DNA from: Alphaproteobacteria bacterium | GTDB lineage: Bacteria > Pseudomonadota > Alphaproteobacteria > UBA828 | NCBI GenBank assembly: GCA_965221125.1 | Contig: CBDCRW010000004.1 | Coordinates: 544,001-608,000 of the forward strand | Length of the DNA: 64,000 nt | Reading direction: 5' to 3' | Shown here: positions 29,060-38,207 of the stretch, in pieces | Layout of the letters: the number at the start of each line of letters is the position of its first letter | Numbering within the stretch: the first letter of the stretch is position 1 | Notes under the pieces: model-generated | The model's database searches: none | Told to the model about the DNA's origin: nothing | The model's input: only the letters and a program-made list of their open reading frames with translations | Program-made: the position numbers and the translations under genes

Positions 29060-30902
29060 ATGTCAATCAAGTCTGGAATGCCGGGCCGGCTTTTCCCGGC
29101 CCGATGGAACGGGCGGCTCTCGATCACGGTCACGCTGGCGACGGCGATCTCCCTGCTCGTTCTCGTCTCGGTCGGCGGCGTGCTCGGCGTCGGCATGTGG
29201 CTCGCCAACAAGAACACCCTGGCCCTGATGAGCGCCAACGCCAATCAGAGCATCGCCAACATGGTTGACCGGATCGAGCGTCATCTGCTGCCGGCCGAGG
29301 ACCAGGCTCGCTTCATTGCCGAGCGCATCGAGAGCGGTGAATTCGACCCGCAGGACCGCGCGACGTTCGGCCGGCTTGCTCACGGGCGGCCTCGCGGGCG
29401 TGCCGCAGATCGAATCGATATCGTTCCTCGACCCCGGATTGAAGACCTTCTTCGCCGCGCGCTACGAGGGCGGCCGCATCGAGCTGGGTGACGTGGACCA
29501 CTCGGACGATCCGAGATACCGCGAATACCTTGCGTCGATACCGGAGGAGCCGCACTGGGTCCCACCGTACTGGATCGAGCGCCATGGAGGAACCTATTTC
29601 AGCCGGGTCCATCCGGTGCGGCGCGACGGCGTCTTCGTCGGCGCAGCGGCTGCGACAGCGTCGATCCGGGAACTCTCGGCCTGGGTCCGCAAGGTCGGCA
29701 AGGGCGGCCCCGGCACGCGCTTCGTCCTGTACGGGAGCGACCGCGTGCTGGCCCATCCGCTCATGGCCGAGGGCTATCCCGGCCTTTCTCTCGAAAAGCC
29801 ATTGCCCGGTCTGGCGGCGTTTCGCGATGCTGTCCTAGCTGCGATATGGCGCGAGGAAGGGCGCTCCGAGCTGGTCATTTCCCTTGTGCAGGGAACGAAC
29901 GGGCATACGGTCAGGATCGATGGAGACGATCATGTCTTCATGTATCGCCGCCTGGACGGCTTCGGGCCGGAGCCGTTGATCGTCGGCGTCTGGTTCCACG
30001 TCGAGGATGTCAGCGCCGAGTTCCGACGGATGACCGTCGCCTTCATTGTCGGGCTCGGCGCCCTGGTTCTGTCGATTTTCGCCGCCGTGATCCTCGGCCG
30101 CCGGATTGCCCGGCCGATCGTGCGGTTCTCCGATGCGGCTGCAAAGGTTCGCGAGCTCAACATCGGCGAGATCGGCGACTTGCCGGGCAGCGCCTTCCGG
30201 GAACTCGACCGGCAGGCCAGGTCGTTCAACGCCATGCTGAGCGCGCTGCGCTGGTTCGAACTCTACGTTCCGAGGAAGATCGTCGAGCGGCTGGTCAAAC
30301 GCGGTGGCATGGACGACACCATGTCGTCAGAGCGCGAAATCACCGTCATGTTCACCGACATTGCCGGATTTTCGTCGGTCGCCGAAAGCCTGTCGGCCCC
30401 GGAGGTTGCGGCCCTGGTCAATCGCCATTTCGAGATCGTCGCCGGCTGCATCGAGGCCGAGGAGGGCACGGTGGACAAGTTCATCGGCGATTCGGTGATG
30501 GCCTTCTGGGGCGCACCGGACGCCCAGCCGGACGCCGCCGAACGGGCCTGCCGCGCAGCGCTGGCCATCGCCGACGGCATCAGGGCCGAGAATGTCCGGC
30601 GGCGGGCGCAGGGCGAGGCGCCACTCGGGATCCGCATCGGCATCCACACCGGCAACGCCACGGTCGGCAACATCGGCGCGCCGGGCAGGATCAACTACAC
30701 GATCATCGGCGACGCCGTGAATGTCGGCCAGCGTCTCGAACAGCTGGGCAAGACGCTGTATCCCGGGGGCAGTGAGGTGGCGATCCTGGTCAGCGAAGCG
30801 ACGGCGGGCGGACTGGGGCCGGATTTCGATCCCAAGCCTGTCGGCAAACACCGCGTCAAGGGACGCGCTGGGGAAGTCGACGTGTTCAGTCTTGGCAACT
30901 GA
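29060..30902 (+). pseudogene. Membrane class III adenylate/guanylate cyclase (TM-sensor-TM-HAMP-cyclase), frameshifted at about 29369
   Basis: The N-terminal TM part (29060 frame) joins the catalytic part (VMFTDIAGFS, DKFIGDSVMAFWGAP, YTIIGDAVN..RLE) if one G is removed from TTCGGCCGGC. Confidence 0.85.
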
Positions 30903-31241
30903 AGGACGGGGCTCGGCCGTTTTCGGCCCAAGTCCTGCCCGTCTTCGGCAGAATGCCGCTCAACTGCGTCGGACCCGAAGATGTGGCCGTGGGGTTCAAC
31001 GCGGCGGGCAAGGAGCGGCCCCGAGGGAGGCTGCGATCTTCCGACCGTTCAGCCCGGCATCGCACCGCGCGCATCGCCCCAGCGTCAAACGGTTACTTCG
31101 GGCGCCGAACCCAAGGCCGGGTGGAGGTCGTTGCAGAAATCCGAACCCTACAGACCCGGACGTGTGCGCCTGACACTGCATGCGCATGGGCAAAGCCGCC
31201 TTCCTCCAGCCTTGCATTTGCTCTACTTGTCACCCCAAGCA

Positions 31242-32072
31242 TCATGCATCATCTTTCTCCGCATTTGCATCCGAAGACGATTGACTCCGTTTGTCACGAC
31301 AACAATCGGGTATCTCGTCATGGCATAGAATCAAAGGCTCAGGGTTCCTTCCGTAGAAAATGCACTTGCCGAAAAAACGAATAAATCGGTAGATCGCAAA
31401 TGCCCTGCAGACCATTCCTGCTTCCAGCATAGCCGCAAGCATCACTTGGTCCGCAAAAAGTCGCCTTTTGTCAGTAGCAGGAATGCCAAGTTGTTGCCAC
31501 GCGATATACAGATAATCGTGGACAATGGTGGCTTCTAGGTGCGGACCCACACGCCCAACAAATGGACGAAACAGCCGCGGTACTGATGCAAGGTCAGTTA
31601 ACATGCCACGCGGCACCTTTATGTGGTGACCTATTGTCTTATTTTCAGCATCACAAAGTTCTACGTATATGATATAGTCATTGACGACGATATATTGATC
31701 TTCTGACTTGATGTGACGGAGTCGTTCTCTTCGACGTGCAAGGCATAAGTCCGACTTGTAGCGTACCTGTACAACCCGATCCCAGTTGCAGGACGGGTAA
31801 GGAGATTCCCGGGTAGTACAATCAGAATCCCTGAGTCCTTCATCGCTAGAATTATAATCTGCTTTCCGGTGTCTTCGGTTCTGGCACCAGACACGAGCAA
31901 GTAGATATATGGTAACGAGCGTTAAGACAACACTGTCGATCCAATTTCGATACTTGAGTGCATCAGCATCTTGAATATCTTTCCAACACCAAACGCCCAC
32001 CAGCGCAACACTCGCAGTTGCCAGAACAACCATTGTAAAGATCACGGAACATAGAATTGCTGTTTTCGTCAT
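31242..32072 (-). CDS. DUF1353-domain protein with two N-terminal TM helices (low GC)
   Basis: VPRGMLTDLASVPR...ATIVHDYLY...AD..ML.AM motif of DUF1353. Confidence 0.8.
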   Translation of the reverse strand: MTKTAILCSVIFTMVVLATASVALVGVWCWKDIQDADALKYRNWIDSVVLTLVTIYLLARVWCQNRRHRKADYNSSDEGLRDSDCTTRESPYPSCNWDRVVQVRYKSDLCLARRRERLRHIKSEDQYIVVNDYIIYVELCDAENKTIGHHIKVPRGMLTDLASVPRLFRPFVGRVGPHLEATIVHDYLYIAWQQLGIPATDKRRLFADQVMLAAMLEAGMVCRAFAIYRFIRFFGKCIFYGRNPEPLILCHDEIPDCCRDKRSQSSSDANAEKDDA

Positions 32073-32336
32073 CGATCAGCACCCCTTCGGCAGCTCTCCG
32101 AATTTCCCAGCGACGCAAGGCTCTCTGCGTGTGCGTCTCTAGAGCCAAGCGTTGGTCGCACGCTGCTCGTTATAGCCACCACACGCTTCAGAGTGAAGCT
32201 CCAGAGGAGCAGCACCCGATTGTGCGGCGAGGCGCGCCGGCTGCGGATCCCGTCTTCCCCAAATGCGAAGCCGGCCGCGGCGGGAAACGGCGATCGCTGC
32301 GGTACGACAACAATCTTGTCTTCCTCGGTTGCTCTC

Positions 32337-33086
32337 CTATTGGGAAAGAAGTCTGTCCGGGAATCCAACTGCTTCGAGATCTTGATCATCGCAAACCGGT
32401 AATCTTGCATGTTCAGAAAATTGTCTCATCGGAACATCTAAATTTAGGTTGGGCATACAGTAAGCAAACGCTTTGTTGAGATTATGGGTTCTCTCTAACA
32501 TACCCGAGTTTGGATTCTTCCAAAAATTCGAAATACATACCTTGGAGTTAAATCCCATTTTCACTTTGAACGATGTCACCCCATTCGATGGACCATTGTT
32601 ATCCACTACCCTATGATATACAAAGCAGTCACTGTATTTGAAATCCAAATCTTGAAGATGTTCAACGGCCTTTCGTTTTGGCCAAACGATATCATCACAA
32701 AGATATGTTCTATCTCTCAGAGAAATGCTTATATCATCTCGACTTCCAGATGCTAGATCGCCGTCACCAATCGCTTGAGCGACTAATACTCCAACACTTC
32801 CTATGCTACATTGTGCCTCATCATATGCTTTAAATGCTAGATGGGTTCTGCACCAAGGTGAAATTGGACAAAGGTACTGATCGCTCCACAGTTTTATTTC
32901 TTCAAGTATGGGGATTAGGAACACAGAAAGTATTAAACTCGCAACGCTTCCTCCTAAAAATAGAGAAAACCTTGTTAGCATACTTCTCACTAGAGATCTA
33001 TTTTCAATGTTCTGGCAACTTACCACTTTGGTGGATTGATAGCTTTGCTTTCTCGGTTGTTTCTTTCTGACAGTCGATGGCCACAT
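32337..33086 (-). CDS. Hypothetical membrane-anchored Cys-rich protein (low GC)
   Basis: About 249-aa open frame in AT-rich DNA; one TM segment then 8 Cys; ATG 33086 follows the upstream stop by 22 nt. Confidence 0.6.
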   Translation of the reverse strand: MWPSTVRKKQPRKQSYQSTKVVSCQNIENRSLVRSMLTRFSLFLGGSVASLILSVFLIPILEEIKLWSDQYLCPISPWCRTHLAFKAYDEAQCSIGSVGVLVAQAIGDGDLASGSRDDISISLRDRTYLCDDIVWPKRKAVEHLQDLDFKYSDCFVYHRVVDNNGPSNGVTSFKVKMGFNSKVCISNFWKNPNSGMLERTHNLNKAFAYCMPNLNLDVPMRQFSEHARLPVCDDQDLEAVGFPDRLLSQ

Positions 33087-33108
33087 GGATACGCAAACCT
33101 CTATTTGG

Positions 33109-33813
33109 CTATCGTTTAGGAGGCGCGAACTGGTATGAAACACGTATGATTGGGTCGTAAATTAAATTGCCGCTGGAGGGTGAAATTACGATATGTAACC
33201 ATCCAGATGTCGTATATATGCATGAAATTCCTTCTTGCTCGTTCCTCCAAGAATCAAACCTACGGTCGACAGGTTCAATGGAGTCCTGGTGCGTAAATCC
33301 TGCCAAGCAGTCGGAAATGTCTGGCCATACCGTTCCAGAAAGCGTAGAGTTATAAACTGCTCCTAGGGCATAGACTAGGTCCGGCTTGGACTCGAAAGTG
33401 GACTTAGTGATGGAGTCTAACGCCGACCTCAGTTCCATTAGAGTCCAATTGGACTGTGCGAGAGACCCACAATTTGGGCCGGTACCATCCTGTAGACAAC
33501 GAACCTCGATTCTACAAATGGGAGTCCGTGATTCCGCATTCACGCACAAACTCGCATTTGTGATCGTGGAATATTTGGCATTTTCGGCTTCGGGATTGTC
33601 GGTAACTGGACAACTGCACTGTCCCCAGGTCGGAGGTTGGGCAGTAGCGAGCTGGACGCAACCAAGCAGGATAAGTGCTGTGATTGCAAGAGATAAGGTG
33701 GCTCGTGGAATGACGCTCGTATTGGACAATGCGGCTGATGGGATCGGTGCATATCTGCCCGGTGATCGGGACATGGCATTCGAGAGTCCTAAAAGGTGGT
33801 GGTTGTCGTTCAT
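33109..33813 (-). CDS. Hypothetical secreted Cys-rich protein (low GC)
   Basis: Signal-like segment LSLAITALILLGCVQLATA followed by an 8-Cys mature region; start uncertain. Confidence 0.6.
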   Translation of the reverse strand: MNDNHHLLGLSNAMSRSPGRYAPIPSAALSNTSVIPRATLSLAITALILLGCVQLATAQPPTWGQCSCPVTDNPEAENAKYSTITNASLCVNAESRTPICRIEVRCLQDGTGPNCGSLAQSNWTLMELRSALDSITKSTFESKPDLVYALGAVYNSTLSGTVWPDISDCLAGFTHQDSIEPVDRRFDSWRNEQEGISCIYTTSGWLHIVISPSSGNLIYDPIIRVSYQFAPPKR

Positions 33814-33932
33814 GCTCGCCTGTTCCTTGGCTCGTTTACGGACGCATCACCCAATCTTTGCTGCCCGCCTTTCGCCGTTTACGCAACACAGCGAGCGAAA
33901 GCCTTCAAGCGCCTGTGCTTTTCGGACAGGCG

Positions 33933-34259
33933 TCAATCGCGGGCGTCGTGTTCGGCGATACCGGCAAGCTCGACCGGAGGGCGGTCGGGGAAACGGGCAA
34001 TCAGCGACAGGCTGCCGCCCATCGCCTCCACCGTTCTGCGCAACGTGGATAGTAGCAGGTCGCTCCGCTGCTCCAGTCGGGAGATAGCGTCCTGACTAAT
34101 GCCGAGTTCGCGCGCGATGCTCGCTTGGGTGAGTTCGCGGGCCTTGCGCAACTCGCGCAGCGTCATTTCCTCCGCGATCAGTTCGGCGGCCATTTTTTCC
34201 ACCTTGCGGCGTTCGGCAGGGTCGAGCCCCGCGATCACATCTTCCACATCCAGTGCCAT
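33933..34259 (-). CDS. XRE-family HTH antitoxin (HigA-like)
   Basis: LRELRKARELTQASIARELGISQDAISRLEQRSDLLLSTLR..VEAMGG.L; follows the toxin gene. Confidence 0.9.
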   Translation of the reverse strand: MALDVEDVIAGLDPAERRKVEKMAAELIAEEMTLRELRKARELTQASIARELGISQDAISRLEQRSDLLLSTLRRTVEAMGGSLSLIARFPDRPPVELAGIAEHDARD

Positions 34260-34274
34260 GACGATTCTCCTTCT

Positions 34275-34631
34275 CTATTGGTCGGTGAGCCGGGCAAGAT
34301 GCCGGTCGAACCGCTCGTCGGCCTTGCGGATCAACTCGCGGTAGAACCGCCGTTCGCCGCCACCCGACTTGTCGCCCGCCACCAGCAGCAAGGCACGACA
34401 CACGGGATCGAACGCAAAGGCAACCCGCCACTCCCCGCCTGCCGCGTTGAATCGCATCTCCTTCATGTTCGCATGTCGCGAGCCGTTTAGCGTATCCACG
34501 CGTGGGCGACCAAGCTGCGGGCCGTATTCCCGAAGAAGCCGCGAATGCGCAAGGATCGCCCTGCGCACTTCCAAGGGCAACACCGACATCTCGGGCTCGA
34601 ACTCCTCGGCAATCTGAACCCGCCATGTCAT
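34275..34631 (-). CDS. RelE/ParE-superfamily toxin (HigB/Gp49-like)
   Basis: GPQLGRPRVDTLNGSRHANMKEMRF, WRVAFAFDP, LLVAGDKSG; toxin-first gene order. Confidence 0.9.
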   Translation of the reverse strand: MTWRVQIAEEFEPEMSVLPLEVRRAILAHSRLLREYGPQLGRPRVDTLNGSRHANMKEMRFNAAGGEWRVAFAFDPVCRALLLVAGDKSGGGERRFYRELIRKADERFDRHLARLTDQ

Positions 34632-34676
34632 GGCGGCAGGATGGGATCGCCGGAATATGAAGTCAAGGACATGTCC
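34632..34676 (-). promoter_or_regulatory. Toxin-antitoxin promoter (leaderless) with palindromic operator
   Basis: TTGACT-N17-CATCCT, 6 nt to ATG 34631; perfect palindrome GGACATGTCC (34667-34676) abuts the -35. Confidence 0.65.
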
Positions 34677-34780
34677 GTGTTTTTCGACGCGGTTGAACTT
34701 ATGGTGGGGTAAGCCCGTGTGTCCTTCTTATTGAAAGCGATGCTGGGCTCTCCATGTCTTCACTGTCGTGCGTAGGACCC

Positions 34781-34910
34781 TCAGGCCCGAAACCCGAGCG
34801 TCGCCGTCGCCCTCTGGCTCCCCGCCACGGGGGGAAACTTCCGAGGTCCACGGCATTTGCGGACAGGCGGCGCTTCGGCAAGATGGGTTGCCGGGAAGCA
34901 TATGGGAATC
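34781..34910 (+). repeat. Degenerate copy of the tRNA-fMet 3' half plus arm-like repeat (decayed att site)
   Basis: 34781-34830 aligns without gaps to 27443-27492 (27/50 by hand; TCAGG and CCCCGC blocks conserved); followed by GGGAAGC-AT-ATGGGAATC. Confidence 0.5.
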
Positions 34911-35288
34911 GTCGGGTCTCAAAGGGCGGACGCTCGCGGTCGGTCTCTGTCGTCGCCGACGATGGCCAGGCATGGGGGTGCGGGTTTCGAGGCGGTCGGG
35001 CGGCCGATGGCAGCAACCGCGCGGATCGCCGCGACGACGGATCGCCCGGCCGTGCGTTCACCCCTGTCCGTACCCCGGTCAGAAAAATCGCGCGGGGCTT
35101 TTATTGCCAACGGAATTGCGCTAATGATCGCAGCAGGTTGACGGGCGACGTTCGGCGGGCGGATGTGTTTGTACGCCCCGCGCTGCGGCCGGGAGCCTCG
35201 GGGGCAATGCGATGCACAAGGTGGAGGACAGGCAGGTTCCGGCCCGCGCCGCGGCGTCCGCGCTGTCGTTCGACCCGCGCGCCCGAGG

Positions 35289-35345
35289 CGGCCGAATTTT
35301 TTCGGCCGGGGGCTTGACAAGGGGCGGTGACGCTCCCGGTATAAT
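35289..35345 (+). promoter_or_regulatory. Consensus -35/-10 hexamers with a 20-bp spacer and an upstream inverted repeat
   Basis: TTGACA 35314-35319, TATAAT 35340-35345; CGGCCGAA-TTTT-TTCGGCCG at 35289-35308. Confidence 0.6.
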
Positions 35346-35462
35346 CAGCCGGTCAGCCGGTCAGCCGGTCAGCCGGTCAGCCGGTCAGCCGGTCAGCCGG
35401 TCAGCCGGTCAGCCGGTCAGCCGGTCAGCCGGTCAGCCGGTCAGCCGGTCAGCCGGTCAGCC
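35345..35462 (+). repeat. Perfect 8-bp tandem repeat (TCAGCCGG) x14 plus TCAGCC
   Basis: Read directly; no spacers or mismatches. Confidence 0.98.
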
Positions 35463-35485
35463 CCACCTGGGTCTGCGCTCCGGCC

Positions 35486-38194
35486 ATGATCGCAGCGGCA
35501 TGGCCGCGCTGCCGGAAGGGGCCACCATCCCGGCCTGACGCCTCCCCCTCCGCCGGCAGGGGAAACGCTCGCCGGCTACCTTCTTCTCCCCGAACAGTCT
35601 TCTCCGGCGCGGGCCGCGCGGCGGCGGCGCTGCTGCTGTTGGCGCTGCCCTGCGCGCCGGGCCTGGCCGCCGACGGCCCTGAGGCCGCCCGGGAAACCGC
35701 CTACCCCGAAGGCGCGGTCGCCCGCGTCTTGAGCCTGCCGGCCGATACACATTCGGGCACGCCTTCGGACGCCTGGCGTCTGTCGGGACCGGACGCGGCC
35801 CGGTTCCGGGTCGAGGCGGGGGCGCTCCGCTTCGCCGCCCCGCCGGATTTCGAGAAGCCGGAGGATGCGGACGGCGACAACCGCTACGCGGTGACGCTGC
35901 GGCGCGCCGGTGCGGACGGCACGACGATTGCCGTCACCGTTCGGGTGCAGGACCGCGACGAGCCCGGCCGGGCCGTGTTGCGGCCCTGGCGCCCCGTCGT
36001 CGGCGAGCCGGTGACGGTGAGCCTGACCGACCCTGACCGCGCCGACACCGCCCCGGCTCCGACGGTGCAATGGGAACGCTGGCGGGCTCCCGGAGAGTGG
36101 CAGGCGATCCCGCGGGCGACCGGGCTGCACTACACCCCGGCGGCCGCGGACGCGGGCCGTCCGCTCCGCGCGGTGGTCTCATATGCCGACCGCCACGGGC
36201 CGGACCGGCAGGCGGTGGCCGAGCTGCCCAACCCCGTCGTCGGCCCGATGCTGTCCGCGCTCACGGCCCGCACCGACAGCGCCCGCTCGCGCCCGGCCTC
36301 CGAAGACCCCGCCCCGCGCCCGGCCTTCGATCCCCGCATCCTGCATTACGGGGTGCGGTGCGACGAGCGCGACGTGATGACGGTCTCGTTCTCTGCCCCT
36401 CCGGGCGTCCGGGTCTCGGTCAATGGCATCCAGCCCCGGCCGGGACAGGAGGGCTCGGCGGCGGTCCCGGTCACGCCGACAAGCGACGTGGCGGTGACGG
36501 TCGCGGCACCGGACGGGGCCTGGACGACCTACACGCTCCACTGCATGCTGGCCAAACTGTGGACGATCCGCACCGGGCCCGATCCCGCCCGGCCGCTGGG
36601 GGCGCTGCTCGCACTGACCGGGGGTCCCTGGGCGGCGGTCCTCGACGGGCACGGCGTCTCGCGCGCCCATGTCCGGGCCGAGGGCGGCGGGGCGGGCTTC
36701 TTCCTGCGTCCCTTCGGCTCCGGTCCCGATCTCCGCTGGGCGCATTTCGAGCAGATGCCGGAAGCGGAGCGGAAGACGCCAGGCGAGCCACTGCTCCGCT
36801 GGCGGGTGCTCGACCGGGACCTCACGCCGTTGCGCACCGTCGCCACGGCTCTGCCGCTGACCACGACGGGGCGGCACGACTTCCGGCTGCTGGCGGACGG
36901 CTCGACGCTGCTGATGACCTACGAGCCTTCGGTGCGGGACCTGCGGGGGCTGGGGTTCCCGGACCGCGACGGCAAGCCGTACGGCGCAGGCGTCGAGATG
37001 CAGGATTCTGCGATCCAGCTGCGGGGCCCGGACGGCCGGGTGCGCTGGACCTGGAACTCCTGGGGCCGGCTGCCGCTGGAGGACTGCGCCCAGCACCGGT
37101 TCCCCGGCGACTGGGCCCATGTCAACTCCGTCGAATGGACGGAACAAGGCGTGCTGGCGTCCTTCCGGGGCTGCTCGACGGTGGTCATGATCGACCCCGC
37201 CGCGCCGCCCGGCGAGGAGATCGTCTGGCGGATCGGCGCGAGCAACCTTTCTCGCGACGACTGGCAACGCCGCGGCCTCGGGCCGCCGCCGCTCCGCATC
37301 GTCGGCGACCCCGAGGGTGAGTTCTGCGGCCAGCATGCGGCGCAATTGCTGCCTCCCCCTCCGGGCCTGCGCCTGCCGCGCCTGCTGCTGTTCGACAACG
37401 GCGTGGCCTGCGTCATCGATCCCTGGACCGGCGAACCGCTCGGGCGGACCTCCGGCATCTACAGCCGGGCGGTGGAATACGCGCTCGACCTCGAACACGG
37501 CGAGGCGGTCTTCGTGCGCGACCACGCGCTCGGGGGCGCGCGCGACATGCTCGGCCATGCCGGCGGGCATGTCGAACCCCTGCCGGACGGCGGCTGGCTG
37601 GTGAGCTGGGGCGGCCTCGGCCGCGCGTCGCCGGACCGGGTCGGCGGAAAGCGGCCCTCGGACCTGGTGACGCGGGTCGATCCCGCAACCGGCATGGAGA
37701 GTTTCCGGATTGTGGAGGCAGAAAGTGACGGAGCCCACCTGCGTCCCCTGCCGGTGAGCCCGCTCGCGACGATGCGCGCGCCGGGCCGGCTCGCCGCCGT
37801 GCTGCCCGACGTGCCGCCGGCGGGGCATGGCGGCGCGGGAGAGACTGTCGAGGTCGCGGTGGCCTTCTCGCGCCCGGTGGCGGCGTTCGGGCCCGAGACC
37901 GGCTCCGTCGCGGTCGCCGGCGGCGCGCTGGCGGAGGCCGCACCGCTCGACGGCTTCGGCCGCCCGGCTCATGCCTGGCGGCTGGTGCTGGCGCCCTCGG
38001 GCGACGGGCCGATGGAGCTGCGGTTCCGGGCCGGCGTCGCCTGCGCGGGGTCGGCGCCCGGCATCTGCACGGCGGACGGAGAGCGCCTGCGCGGCGTTCC
38101 GGATGCGTTCGCGATCCCACGAAACATCGACGAAGGCGCCGCCCGGGACCGGGCGGCGGACGCGGGACAGGCAACCCGCAGCAGACAGAATTGA
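35486..38194 (+). CDS. Secreted cadherin/Ig-like plus arylsulfotransferase (ASST) domain protein
   Basis: Signal-like segment; cadherin-like PDFEKPEDADGDNRYAVT..V.V.DRDEPG; ASST motifs HDFRLL, DWAHVNSV, LASFR, GQHAA, LFDNG, SRAVEY; C-terminal Ig-like domain. Start uncertain. Confidence 0.82.
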   Translation: MIAAAWPRCRKGPPSRPDASPSAGRGNARRLPSSPRTVFSGAGRAAAALLLLALPCAPGLAADGPEAARETAYPEGAVARVLSLPADTHSGTPSDAWRLSGPDAARFRVEAGALRFAAPPDFEKPEDADGDNRYAVTLRRAGADGTTIAVTVRVQDRDEPGRAVLRPWRPVVGEPVTVSLTDPDRADTAPAPTVQWERWRAPGEWQAIPRATGLHYTPAAADAGRPLRAVVSYADRHGPDRQAVAELPNPVVGPMLSALTARTDSARSRPASEDPAPRPAFDPRILHYGVRCDERDVMTVSFSAPPGVRVSVNGIQPRPGQEGSAAVPVTPTSDVAVTVAAPDGAWTTYTLHCMLAKLWTIRTGPDPARPLGALLALTGGPWAAVLDGHGVSRAHVRAEGGGAGFFLRPFGSGPDLRWAHFEQMPEAERKTPGEPLLRWRVLDRDLTPLRTVATALPLTTTGRHDFRLLADGSTLLMTYEPSVRDLRGLGFPDRDGKPYGAGVEMQDSAIQLRGPDGRVRWTWNSWGRLPLEDCAQHRFPGDWAHVNSVEWTEQGVLASFRGCSTVVMIDPAAPPGEEIVWRIGASNLSRDDWQRRGLGPPPLRIVGDPEGEFCGQHAAQLLPPPPGLRLPRLLLFDNGVACVIDPWTGEPLGRTSGIYSRAVEYALDLEHGEAVFVRDHALGGARDMLGHAGGHVEPLPDGGWLVSWGGLGRASPDRVGGKRPSDLVTRVDPATGMESFRIVEAESDGAHLRPLPVSPLATMRAPGRLAAVLPDVPPAGHGGAGETVEVAVAFSRPVAAFGPETGSVAVAGGALAEAAPLDGFGRPAHAWRLVLAPSGDGPMELRFRAGVACAGSAPGICTADGERLRGVPDAFAIPRNIDEGAARDRAADAGQATRSRQN

Positions 38195-38207
38195 CTGGAG
38201 TGATGCG

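Larger units (their letters stand above)
27493..34780. mobile_element. Cargo-only genomic islet integrated at tRNA-fMet (no integrase visible)
   Basis: Starts at the tRNA 3' end; contains a pseudogene, a low-GC block and a TA pair; ends at a degenerate copy of the tRNA 3' half. Confidence 0.55.

Noticed and set aside
28703-29066. Small ORFs or a riboswitch between the nucleosidase and cyclase genes
   Set aside because: No family motif or riboswitch consensus recognised; the promoter geometry leaves no leader for the nucleosidase.
32069-32410. 113-aa ORF between the low-GC genes
   Set aside because: It overlaps its neighbour by 74 nt, has mixed composition and no motifs; likely intergenic.
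30903-33932. Integron cassette array for the low-GC genes
   Set aside because: No intI and no convincing attC (RYYYAAC...GTTRRRY) structures between the ORFs.
35345-35462. CRISPR array, or coding repeat in ORF 35212..35538 (SRSAGQPV)n
   Set aside because: No spacers and no cas genes; the ORF has no recognisable features and runs across the promoter.
37827-38207. N-terminal extension of the autotransporter ORF
   Set aside because: It overlaps the ASST gene; an RBS-supported ATG lies at 38208. The same applies to the over-extended track starts of aprA, sucB, traK, traU, trbC and traF.
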